Shown piece by piece: positions 7,505-15,041 of a stretch of DNA of 64,000 nucleotides (positions within the stretch are counted from its first letter, which is position 1; the number at the start of each line of letters is the position of its first letter). Origin of the DNA: a virus. A model generated the notes under the pieces. It searched no databases, was not told the DNA's origin, and saw only the letters and a list, made by a program, of their open reading frames with translations. The stretch is taken from the IMG/VR virus record IMGVR_UViG_3300028025_000097; one strand, 5' to 3'. The position numbers were made by a program, and so were the translations under genes.

Positions 7505-7689
7505 TATGAACCTCTCAGTCTAAAGATTTCTTTACAGAGTTTTTGATTCAACTCAGACACCTTGAGTTCCAGTTCTTCAATCCTGTTAGCGGCTTCTGCA
7601 ATACAAGCATTTGCCACTCCATCATCAGACTGTACATCCTCTGATAAGATACGAAGAGCTTTGATGAGGGTGTTAGATTTAGTTTTCAT
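7504..7689 (-). CDS. hypothetical protein
   Basis: SDDGVANACIAEAANRIEEL. Confidence 0.65.
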   Translation of the reverse strand: MKTKSNTLIKALRILSEDVQSDDGVANACIAEAANRIEELELKVSELNQKLCKEIFRLRGS

Positions 7690-7915
7690 CTCGCATCCAA
7701 CGAGGTTCAAACCAATTGAGAGTCGTCTTCATACCCAAAATATGGTTTTCAATTTCGACAATATCTTTTTCTTTGTCGCTTGTAAAGACGCCAAAGGAAT
7801 TGTCATTTCGATTACGATTGTCCAGTTCCATTTCCAACAATGCGATACTGTCTTTGAGTTCATCAACTACAATTTGACTTACTTGGTCTTCAAACAATGT
7901 GATTGTCACTTCCAT
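7679..7915 (-). CDS. hypothetical protein
   Basis: ORF with GGAGA RBS. Confidence 0.65.
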   Translation of the reverse strand: MEVTITLFEDQVSQIVVDELKDSIALLEMELDNRNRNDNSFGVFTSDKEKDIVEIENHILGMKTTLNWFEPRWMRDEN

Positions 7916-7924
7916 TTTAATCTC

Positions 7925-8287
7925 CTATTCGTTACAGATACCGCAGCAATCAGAGTCGCCACAGAGAGGGTCTAGTTCTTGATGAATCTTAGAAAGCTCT
8001 TCTAAAGCTTCTTCTTTGTAATCAATCTTCTTGACAAACTCAAACTTCTTCTCATCAGACCAATCTCTAAGATAATGGTTATCCTCATCAAAGAGCTTCA
8101 GGTATTCGTCATCATCAATTTCACGAACAGACGATATCACTTCATCGACATGATACTGAGAGAATTCATCAAAGTTAGTATCATGAAGGCGCATCACGAC
8201 TTCATCGGTGGCGTGAGTCGCTTCCTTAGCTTCTACAACATAACGCATCCGAAAGATGCTAACAGTCTCAACCATGTACTTGTTCAT
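7925..8287 (-). CDS. conserved hypothetical phage protein
   Basis: KYMVETVSIFRMRYVVEA...EFSQYH; C-terminal CGDSDCCGIC. Confidence 0.7.
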   Translation of the reverse strand: MNKYMVETVSIFRMRYVVEAKEATHATDEVVMRLHDTNFDEFSQYHVDEVISSVREIDDDEYLKLFDEDNHYLRDWSDEKKFEFVKKIDYKEEALEELSKIHQELDPLCGDSDCCGICNE

Positions 8288-8454
8288 ATGCCAATTACCT
8301 CATTTTCTTGTTCATTAAGCAATTTGTCTTTAATATGTAGATGCCAACGAACTCGTGAATCCCAATCAAGGCGAACACGAGCAGCAGTAATAAGAATCAC
8401 CAGGGTAACGACTAAGTCTACCCAGGCAATTAGCCAAGTCTTAAAGTTGTTCAT
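8284..8454 (-). CDS. small membrane-associated hypothetical protein
   Basis: MNNFKTWLIAWVDLVVTLVILITAA hydrophobic stretch. Confidence 0.5.
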   Translation of the reverse strand: MNNFKTWLIAWVDLVVTLVILITAARVRLDWDSRVRWHLHIKDKLLNEQENEVIGI

Positions 8455-8671
8455 CTTCTTCTTGTTCCCAGTAACGGCAATAGAAATGATCGCCAAAAGA
8501 TTCAATAAGACTTTGAGGATAGCCACACTCAATCAACCAATCATTAAATGCAGTTGTATTAGTTCCTGTTTGACGAGCATACTTAAGCTTTTCCATTACT
8601 TCTTCTGGAACTGGGCGAGGAAATCCATATTTCCAACCGCTCGGCGGATCACATATCGTTACTTTAGCCAT
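8441..8671 (-). CDS. conserved hypothetical phage protein
   Basis: DPPSGWKYGFP...WLIECGYP. Confidence 0.7.
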   Translation of the reverse strand: MAKVTICDPPSGWKYGFPRPVPEEVMEKLKYARQTGTNTTAFNDWLIECGYPQSLIESFGDHFYCRYWEQEEDEQL

Positions 8672-8699
8672 CTTAAACCTTTCATATTAATAAGTAAAT

Positions 8700-8905
8700 A
8701 GGTGCTGGTTACAGTATCCAGCGTCATCACAGTCTGATTGCCTCACTGACGTGAGTAGCTGTATGACTGATTGGTTGAAGACGTGTGGTTTAAGAATGTA
8801 AGATGTAGAGGGCGGGCGATCAACTCCGACAAGACTCTTTCATCTGCCTACATTCTACCTGGGGAATTCTCCGCGTCACCAATACACCACAAGGTCTTGG
8901 TGCGT
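8700..8905 (-). ncRNA. candidate structured non-coding RNA downstream of the hammerhead
   Basis: No credible ORF; stems 8878-8883/8770-8775, 8847-8856/8793-8802, 8763-8767/8723-8727, 8751-8755/8742-8746, 8718-8722/8704-8708. Confidence 0.55.
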
Positions 8906-8961
8906 GTCCTTGACGGGACGTCCCTGTCCCGTTTCGACCATTCAGGTCTCATCAGAAGGAC
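8906..8961 (-). ncRNA. hammerhead ribozyme (type I)
   Basis: Minus-strand RNA GUCCUU-CUGAUGA-GACC(UGAAU)GGUC-GAAA-CGGGAC(AGGGAC)GUCCCG-UC^AAGGAC: full catalytic core and three perfect stems; predicted cleavage between 8912 and 8911. Confidence 0.92.
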
Positions 8962-9899
8962 TATGCAGCTTCGGCCATCTTCACCGCAAGTTCAAGAGCA
9001 TCGGCCTTGACCTTCTTGCCTTGACCAAACCAAGCGGAAGTCAGTCGATTATCCTGACTGCGACCAAGCTTGTGGTCAATCATGTAGGTGACGGCGTTAA
9101 AAGCAGACCACCAGCTACCTTCAGCAAAGTTAGCACCAGGCTGAGTGTGTACTACATCAAGAGCTTTAGAAGCAGAGATGCTCATCTCCTTCTTCTTCTC
9201 AGGACCACCGGTCACAGGGAAGACAGTCTTGAAGTACTCGACCAGCTTAGGATCAGTGTAGCGACGACCGCCAAGGAACTCAGCCATCTCACGGTACATG
9301 ATCAGCTTTTCCTTAGCCACTCCCAGGGTTTCTTTTACCATGTCACCATCAAACTGGCGACGATGAGAGACCTTCACAAAGTTCTTACTCGCAGTATTCA
9401 GACTCAGAGTAAGAGTGTTGTTGCACACTACTCGAATCGGAGTGAAGCGAACGTCAATGCTCCAACCATAACGATGCGGATTGCTAAAGAGCAAGTAGCT
9501 ATCGACCTGGTCACCCTTAAAGAGTTCGAAGCCATCATTCACCTTGGCAAGAGCCCACACCAACTGACCATCACGAAGACTGCCAGCAGTGTGCATCTCC
9601 ATGTCGCCATTAGCCACAAAGTCGTGGAAGAACTCGAACGCTTCATGATTCTGAAGCACATTCCAATCATCAGACACTACGTCCAAGATGGAGTCATCAG
9701 AGTCGCGAACAAGAGCAGAACGGCCGACCGCAACACGTTCACCCGCCACTTCAGCGTAAGCAGGAACCTTACGAACCGTCCAATCGAGACCAGCCTTTTC
9801 AAGCATCTGCGTAGGATGCAGATCAGACGGAACACGAACACCAAGACCATGCCAAGGCACTTCACCAGCGTAAGCCATCGTTTCAACCATATGAGCCAT
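8961..9899 (-). CDS. DUF932 family phage/plasmid protein
   Basis: MAYAGEVPWHGLG...AGLDWTV...TAGSLRDG...TPIRVVCNNTL. Confidence 0.85.
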   Translation of the reverse strand: MAHMVETMAYAGEVPWHGLGVRVPSDLHPTQMLEKAGLDWTVRKVPAYAEVAGERVAVGRSALVRDSDDSILDVVSDDWNVLQNHEAFEFFHDFVANGDMEMHTAGSLRDGQLVWALAKVNDGFELFKGDQVDSYLLFSNPHRYGWSIDVRFTPIRVVCNNTLTLSLNTASKNFVKVSHRRQFDGDMVKETLGVAKEKLIMYREMAEFLGGRRYTDPKLVEYFKTVFPVTGGPEKKKEMSISASKALDVVHTQPGANFAEGSWWSAFNAVTYMIDHKLGRSQDNRLTSAWFGQGKKVKADALELAVKMAEAA

Positions 9900-9934
9900 G
9901 ATTTATATCCTCGTTTATTTCAATTTACAGTAGA

Positions 9935-9963
9935 ATTATATAGTATTTACTAAATTAAGTACA
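9935..9963 (-). promoter_or_regulatory. early promoter copy I
   Basis: TGTACT-17-TATAAT upstream of DUF932. Confidence 0.75.
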
Positions 9964-10185
9964 CAGCGCCTGCATAATTTCTTTGAGCTCTTCTCCCTTT
10001 ACATTCACAAAAGTTCTACGCTTCTTGATGAATGTAGAGGGAGACAGGCGCATGAGCTCATTGAATCCCTTACGCTTGTATGCCACAAGCCGGCCATTCT
10101 CAAGAATATACGTGTGATTGGGGTAGGTCCAATCGCTCGTGGTCTCCTTGAGGACTTCAATCTTCTTCGTGTCGCTTTTCATCAT
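9955..10185 (-). CDS. hypothetical protein
   Basis: LKETT..W.YPNHTYIL pattern. Confidence 0.7.
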   Translation of the reverse strand: MMKSDTKKIEVLKETTSDWTYPNHTYILENGRLVAYKRKGFNELMRLSPSTFIKKRRTFVNVKGEELKEIMQALCT

Positions 10186-10191
10186 AAGGTA

Positions 10192-10220
10192 ATTCTATAT
10201 ATTTTATAAAATAAAGTACA
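10192..10220 (-). promoter_or_regulatory. early promoter copy J
   Basis: TGTACT-17-TAGAAT. Confidence 0.75.
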
Positions 10221-10225
10221 CAGCC

Positions 10226-10444
10226 TCAAGCAACTTTGTTTTTAGTTTGTTCAAGCATTAAGATGACAGCGTTGAGATGGGTTTCAACGATCTTTTTTTC
10301 GATCATGACAAGAACATTCTCGTACGGCCACTCGAGTTGAAAAGGACAACCCGATGCCCAGTTACGAGTCTGCAAATACTTACGATAGATCTTCAGATGT
10401 TCTTTGTCGTAAGGATTGAACTTGTGCTTGAAGTAGTTTTGCAT
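10226..10444 (-). CDS. conserved hypothetical phage protein
   Basis: FNPYDKEHL...WASGCPFQLEWPY; GGAGG RBS. Confidence 0.7.
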   Translation of the reverse strand: MQNYFKHKFNPYDKEHLKIYRKYLQTRNWASGCPFQLEWPYENVLVMIEKKIVETHLNAVILMLEQTKNKVA

Positions 10445-10467
10445 ATTGCCTCCGTTAGTATGGAGAC

Positions 10468-10496
10468 ATTATGTTATATTTACAAAAATAAGTACA
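10468..10496 (-). promoter_or_regulatory. early promoter copy K
   Basis: TGTACT-17-CATAAT. Confidence 0.65.
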
Positions 10497-10826
10497 CTAC
10501 TGAATTTGAGAAGAAGTGGGAGGGAGACCAGAAGACAAGCCAAGGAATCCAGTGCTACTGTCAGACACAGACTTAGATGGCTTAGGCTTCTTCTTAGGAG
10601 GAGGATCAGATTTAGGAAGAGGAGTAGCATTACGAGAAGGAGTAGGCTCGTTGGGGTCTTGCTCCTCTGCTACTCCTGTGCTCGTAGTAGTTCCAGGTAA
10701 TTCGGGTACGAATGCTGGCCAATCAGATTCTCTTGCTTGAGAAGGTTGCTTGGCTTTCCCCCGCCTGATCGTACGTACACGACGAGGGTGCTTTACCTCG
10801 GAGATATACTGAAGAAAAGACTTCAC
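10497..10826 (-). CDS. putative internal head protein (capsid-targeting-like N-terminus), low complexity
   Basis: MKSFLQYISE resembles T4 IP targeting peptide MKTYQEFIAE. Confidence 0.55.
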   Translation of the reverse strand: MKSFLQYISEVKHPRRVRTIRRGKAKQPSQARESDWPAFVPELPGTTTSTGVAEEQDPNEPTPSRNATPLPKSDPPPKKKPKPSKSVSDSSTGFLGLSSGLPPTSSQIQ

Positions 10827-11347
10827 TTGATTGGACTTGTCTTCTTTGTTGGTCTAGCAGCAGGGGTTTTTGCTTTTGCTACTGGAGTTGTTGGCTTACC
10901 AGCAGATTTTCTAGCAGCTAAGCGAGCCTTATCAGCATCAGTCATCTTCTTTGCTGGCTTTGGTCGATCCATACCGCCTGAAGTAGCTTTATACACAGCA
11001 GACAGCTGTTTGCCTTGCTTCATTTTTTGAAGCTGCAACTTCTTAGCGGCAGCTTGATCCATGGCAGCGCTTTTAGCTTTGACTTTATTTACTGCACCAA
11101 CAACTTTGTTCTTAACGCGAGCAGCTGCACCAGCAATGCCAGCATGAACTACTTTAAAAGGCTGAGCAATTTTGCCACCGACGCGCTTAACTGTGTCACC
11201 GATACCAAATAGTTCAGCAATAAGCTCATCAGTTTGTTCTTCTGTCAGCGCTTGTTCTTGTACCGTTTCTGCAAGAGCTTCAATAATCTCTTCATCTATC
11301 TGTTTGACATAAGAACGTTCTACGAACTGTGCAAATGATTTAGCCAT
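10823..11347 (-). CDS. putative internal head protein, Lys/Ala-rich
   Basis: MAKSFAQFVE N-terminus, acidic leader then basic domain; late promoter upstream. Confidence 0.6.
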   Translation of the reverse strand: MAKSFAQFVERSYVKQIDEEIIEALAETVQEQALTEEQTDELIAELFGIGDTVKRVGGKIAQPFKVVHAGIAGAAARVKNKVVGAVNKVKAKSAAMDQAAAKKLQLQKMKQGKQLSAVYKATSGGMDRPKPAKKMTDADKARLAARKSAGKPTTPVAKAKTPAARPTKKTSPIK

Positions 11348-11378
11348 GAATATGCTCCGAGCGGGTTGTTGATATACA

Positions 11379-11386
11379 TATTTATA
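11379..11386 (-). promoter_or_regulatory. T4-type late promoter
   Basis: TATAAATA on minus strand. Confidence 0.75.
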
Positions 11387-11419
11387 ATTGTTACACGTGA
11401 ATACCTAAAGCCTACAAGA

Positions 11420-11427
11420 TATAAATA
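11420..11427 (+). promoter_or_regulatory. T4-type late promoter for curli-like/cyclase operon
   Basis: TATAAATA 12 bp before ATG 11440. Confidence 0.75.
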
Positions 11428-11439
11428 TAAACAAAAACT

Positions 11440-11718
11440 ATGGATTTTTTCAAACTAGTTACAGATCTTGGATTCCCTATAGCAGCTGCAATCATATGTG
11501 GCTACTTTGTATTCTTGACATTGAGATTCATTCTCGATGACGTGTCAGGTGCAATCAAAGGACTATCTGGAATCATCGGTGCATTAAATAATCGTGTTAA
11601 GACAATGAATCATGATGTCATTCGTATTGATACATTAATCTCTAATGCTCTTGGCATTAAACCTGATATTGATAGAATTGCTCGCTCTGACGGCAAGGAA
11701 GATACGAGGAAAGATTAA
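11440..11718 (+). CDS. single-TM coiled-coil membrane protein (YvrJ/holin-like GFPI motif)
   Basis: LGFPIAAAIICGYFVFL then coiled coil; paralog of 11899..12177. Confidence 0.65.
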   Translation: MDFFKLVTDLGFPIAAAIICGYFVFLTLRFILDDVSGAIKGLSGIIGALNNRVKTMNHDVIRIDTLISNALGIKPDIDRIARSDGKEDTRKD

Positions 11719-11735
11719 CAATATCAGGAGGCGCT

Positions 11736-11906
11736 ATGCGTTATGTCGACTATTACTGGGATTTGTCTGAAACTGTCATGTCCCCAGATCCCGAATTAAA
11801 CACCAATGAACTTCAATGGAAAGTTGGAGATCTTTGGACCGTGCTTGAAGTAAATGGTAAGAAGTTTCTTAAAAAAATTGCCAATGCTCCATTAACCGAT
11901 GGATGA
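11736..11906 (+). CDS. hypothetical protein, 56 aa (not in ORF track)
   Basis: AGGAGG RBS; MRYVDYYWDLSETVMSPDPELNTNELQWKVGDLWTVLEVNGKKFLKKIANAPLTDG*. Confidence 0.7.
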   Translation: MRYVDYYWDLSETVMSPDPELNTNELQWKVGDLWTVLEVNGKKFLKKIANAPLTDG

Positions 11907-12177
11907 TATAGCGGATCTAGTCAATAAATACGGGTTTCCTATTATCTCTGCCGCTGGTTGCGGATATATGATATTTTATGTGTGGAAATGGGCAACTGAA
12001 ACTGTTAAACCAGTCTTATCAGATGCTCAGACAACTCTGATTGCTCTCATCGATCGTGTTCGAATGCTTGACAATGATCTTATACGTCTTAATCAAAAAG
12101 TCAACGTAGCTTTGATGATAAGGGAAAAAGATGTTGCTAAGAATAAGTCTGACACTTCTTCTGATAACGACAAATAG
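11899..12177 (+). CDS. single-TM coiled-coil membrane protein (YvrJ/holin-like)
   Basis: YGFPIISAAGCGYMIFYVW...LIDRVRMLDNDLIRL. Confidence 0.65.
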   Translation: MDDIADLVNKYGFPIISAAGCGYMIFYVWKWATETVKPVLSDAQTTLIALIDRVRMLDNDLIRLNQKVNVALMIREKDVAKNKSDTSSDNDK

Positions 12178-12571
12178 TCTTGCCACAGAATTAGGCTTCT
12201 CGTTTAAGTCTCCTTCGTTCTCTGGTATAGGCTATTCATCTCATATTCAAACAATAGAGAACACTGAGAACTCAAGAAAAGAAGCTATCAAGTCAAAGCA
12301 TCAGGCTGAGATTGATAAAGCTGCTGCTGACTATAAGAACACAAATCTTCAGAAATTCTTGAATAACTTTGAATCAAGGGTCTATGCTCAGTTGTCTACT
12401 CAGTTAGTCAATTCATTGTTTGGTGAGAATCCTAAAGAGAAAGGAACAATTGAGCTTGAGGGTAATACCATCAACTACATCAAGACTGGTGATACGATAA
12501 GTCTTACTGTTCGAGCAGAAGACGGAAGCGTGACTCAGATTGAGATTCCAGTCGGGCAGTTTAAATTCTGA
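12131..12571 (+). CDS. csgF: curli assembly component CsgF-like
   Basis: Signal peptide, mature N-terminus TELGFSFKSPSFSG resembling CsgF F-x-N-P-x-F-G-G; C-terminal G..T.I.IP; directly before csgG. Confidence 0.75.
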   Translation: MLLRISLTLLLITTNSLATELGFSFKSPSFSGIGYSSHIQTIENTENSRKEAIKSKHQAEIDKAAADYKNTNLQKFLNNFESRVYAQLSTQLVNSLFGENPKEKGTIELEGNTINYIKTGDTISLTVRAEDGSVTQIEIPVGQFKF

Positions 12572-13338
12572 TGAAGTGGTTATGGATAGTAATCATAATG
12601 TCTTTATCAGGCTGTGCTTTCCCTGTGTATCCACTAAAGTATACACACGATGAGCCAAAGGTTCTTAAGCCAACATATACTAAGATGATTCCTGAGCCTA
12701 AGAACGGTAAAGTCATTGTAGCTGTTTATTCATTTGCTGATAAGACTGGTCAACGTAAAGACAGTGGTATGGTTGCTAAGTTATCTTCTGCTGTGACTCA
12801 AGGTGCAGAGTCTATATTGATCAAGTCATTGCAAGAAGTAGGTGACAGACATTGGTTTAGAGTGGTAGAAAGAGTTGGGCTTGACAATCTATTAAAAGAA
12901 CGTCAACTCATTCGTTCGTCAAGAGAAGAAGTAAAAGATGATTCCGAATTAAGACCCATCATATATGCTGGAATGTTGATTGAGGGTTCTATTGTAGCTT
13001 ATGATACAAATGTAAAGACAGGTGGTATGGGTGCAAGATGGTTAGGAGTAGGACCAAGTACCCAATACCAAGAAGATTTAGTGACGGTCTCAATTAGAGC
13101 AATCTCTGTTCAGACCGGTGAAATACTGATGACGATCAATGCACAGAAGTCTGTACTCAGTGTTGCAACGAATGTCTCTACTTTTAAGTTTTTAGAACAA
13201 GGCACCGCCAATCTTGAAGCAGAAGTAGGTGTCACATCAAACGAACCGGGACTCTATTGTTTACAGAGAGCAATCGAAACAGCAGTAGAAGAAATGGTAT
13301 ACGAAGGAAAGAAACTCGGAGTCTGGGACTTCAAATAG
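12571..13338 (+). CDS. csgG: curli secretion pore CsgG-like lipoprotein
   Basis: Lipobox LSGC; VAVYSFADKTGQRK, SAVTQG, WFRVVER.GLDNLLKERQLIR, EGSIVAYDTN. Confidence 0.9.
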   Translation: MKWLWIVIIMSLSGCAFPVYPLKYTHDEPKVLKPTYTKMIPEPKNGKVIVAVYSFADKTGQRKDSGMVAKLSSAVTQGAESILIKSLQEVGDRHWFRVVERVGLDNLLKERQLIRSSREEVKDDSELRPIIYAGMLIEGSIVAYDTNVKTGGMGARWLGVGPSTQYQEDLVTVSIRAISVQTGEILMTINAQKSVLSVATNVSTFKFLEQGTANLEAEVGVTSNEPGLYCLQRAIETAVEEMVYEGKKLGVWDFK

Positions 13339-13348
13339 GGAGAAAGAG

Positions 13349-14053
13349 ATGAAAAGGTCTATCGCATTGATTATGTCAATGATGATATCTTATATGGCGT
13401 TTGCTGTAGACAGTGGAGGCAATTCTGTCTATATCGATCAAACAAATGCTGACAACTCAACAGTTACAATTACACAGACTGGTTCTGGTAACAATATTGG
13501 TGATCCTGATGATGGTGTTACACCAGCATTTGTTATGGATGGTAACAACCTAGATATTACTATGACTCAAAATGGCATGAACAACGACATCGTAGGTAAC
13601 CTTATTGGTGGAGACACAACTGCTGTCATTACTCAAGACGGTAGCTTAAACTACCTTAAGACCACTCAAGGTTCTTTTGGTACACTCAATGGCAATCTAC
13701 ATCTAACGTTTACTGGTGATTCTAATTCAACTGAGCTTAATTTTGCATCGACAAACAATACCTCTAACTATGATTACAATATGACAGTCACTGGTGATAG
13801 TAATGATATCACAAGCACGATGAACAGTAAGTATATCGACAATGATATCGCCATTACTGGTGATACTAACATTATTACAACCACACAGATTGGGTATAAC
13901 GGAACTGCTTCTGTTCACGGTCATAAGATTGACTTCAATCTAATTGGTTCTAATAACACATTCGATATTCTCCAAAATGGTGTAACAACACATGACACGA
14001 TTGTCCTTAACTTTACTGGTGACAATAGTACTGTCAACATTACTCAGCACTAA
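13349..14053 (+). CDS. secreted curlin-repeat-like beta-solenoid protein
   Basis: Signal peptide; repeated I/T-x-Q/T-G-D/S-x-N units, Asn/Thr/Gly rich; follows csgG. Confidence 0.65.
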   Translation: MKRSIALIMSMMISYMAFAVDSGGNSVYIDQTNADNSTVTITQTGSGNNIGDPDDGVTPAFVMDGNNLDITMTQNGMNNDIVGNLIGGDTTAVITQDGSLNYLKTTQGSFGTLNGNLHLTFTGDSNSTELNFASTNNTSNYDYNMTVTGDSNDITSTMNSKYIDNDIAITGDTNIITTTQIGYNGTASVHGHKIDFNLIGSNNTFDILQNGVTTHDTIVLNFTGDNSTVNITQH

Positions 14054-15041
14054 TTCTTTTGCTGGTATAGGGTCAGTTACTGAAGAAAAGGGTCTCGGCA
14101 ATATTGTTCGTGATAAGACCGATATTGCCGCTGCCCTTGATGTTCCCGTAAATAATTTAGACAATCTTATTACAGGAAACGGAGTCGTCGGTGTTACTTT
14201 TAAAGATGACACCAAAGTAAGAGTCACTGAACATTCTAAGCTCTTGATCGACGACTTCGTTTATGATTCAAATAAAAAAGGAGCAGGGAAACTCGCTCTT
14301 AAAGTTGCCATTGGAACCGTAAGATATGCATCAGGCAACATAGCACACGAAAACAATAACTCTGTCAATATAAAGACTCCTACTGCTACAATTGCTGTTC
14401 GTGGTACTGCTTTCACAATGACGGTAGACGAGGTAGGGCAGTCATTAGTCGTTCTTCTTCCAAATATAGACGGTTCTGTAGGCTCTATTGAAGTCGCTAC
14501 TGCAATGGGAATCGTCAGTCTTAGTATGCCGTTTCAGGCAACCTTTACATCAAGTAGCGAAGTGAAACCATTGAATCCAGTTCAGCTTAATCTAAGTGAA
14601 TCTGCTATAAATAATATGTTAATAGTAAGCCCTCCAAAAGAAATCTTGGATAAGTTGATCAAAGAAGCAGATGACCGATCTGGTGCTTCTCTTGAATTTG
14701 ATGGACTTGATGTCAATGAATTAGATCAAGACGTATTCAAAAAAGATGAATTAGCATTTAACGAACTTGATGTCAATTCATTGGATTCAGATTTCCTTAC
14801 GAATGAATTAGATAATGCATTGACTGCGACTTTCAGTAAGGGATACAATTCCTCCACTCAGGTTTATGTCATCGATAAGAATACATTTTGGTGGATTCAA
14901 AGAATGGTTAAAGACAACATTACGATGTATGTCAACAAAGAAAGAGGATATAACATTACGATGATACAAGGAACTACTATTGTATCATTGAAGACTGATG
15001 ATTCAACAACTAACAACATCTTCATAAAGCAGACACAATGA
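13992..15041 (+). CDS. FecR-domain secreted protein
   Basis: Signal peptide; TGNG..GVTFKDDTKVRVTEHSKLLIDDFVYD, IKTPTATIAVRGTAF. Confidence 0.85.
   Translation: MTRLSLTLLVTIVLSTLLSTNSFAGIGSVTEEKGLGNIVRDKTDIAAALDVPVNNLDNLITGNGVVGVTFKDDTKVRVTEHSKLLIDDFVYDSNKKGAGKLALKVAIGTVRYASGNIAHENNNSVNIKTPTATIAVRGTAFTMTVDEVGQSLVVLLPNIDGSVGSIEVATAMGIVSLSMPFQATFTSSSEVKPLNPVQLNLSESAINNMLIVSPPKEILDKLIKEADDRSGASLEFDGLDVNELDQDVFKKDELAFNELDVNSLDSDFLTNELDNALTATFSKGYNSSTQVYVIDKNTFWWIQRMVKDNITMYVNKERGYNITMIQGTTIVSLKTDDSTTNNIFIKQTQ

Noticed and set aside
8904-9953. 349-aa plus-strand ORF
   Set aside because: Antisense to the recognisable DUF932 gene; no RBS or motifs. The many other short antisense or nested ORFs in the track were dismissed likewise
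11348-11439. Glutamine riboswitch ahead of the curli-like genes
   Set aside because: The short AT-rich gap holds two divergent late promoters and no recognisable glnA-type structure
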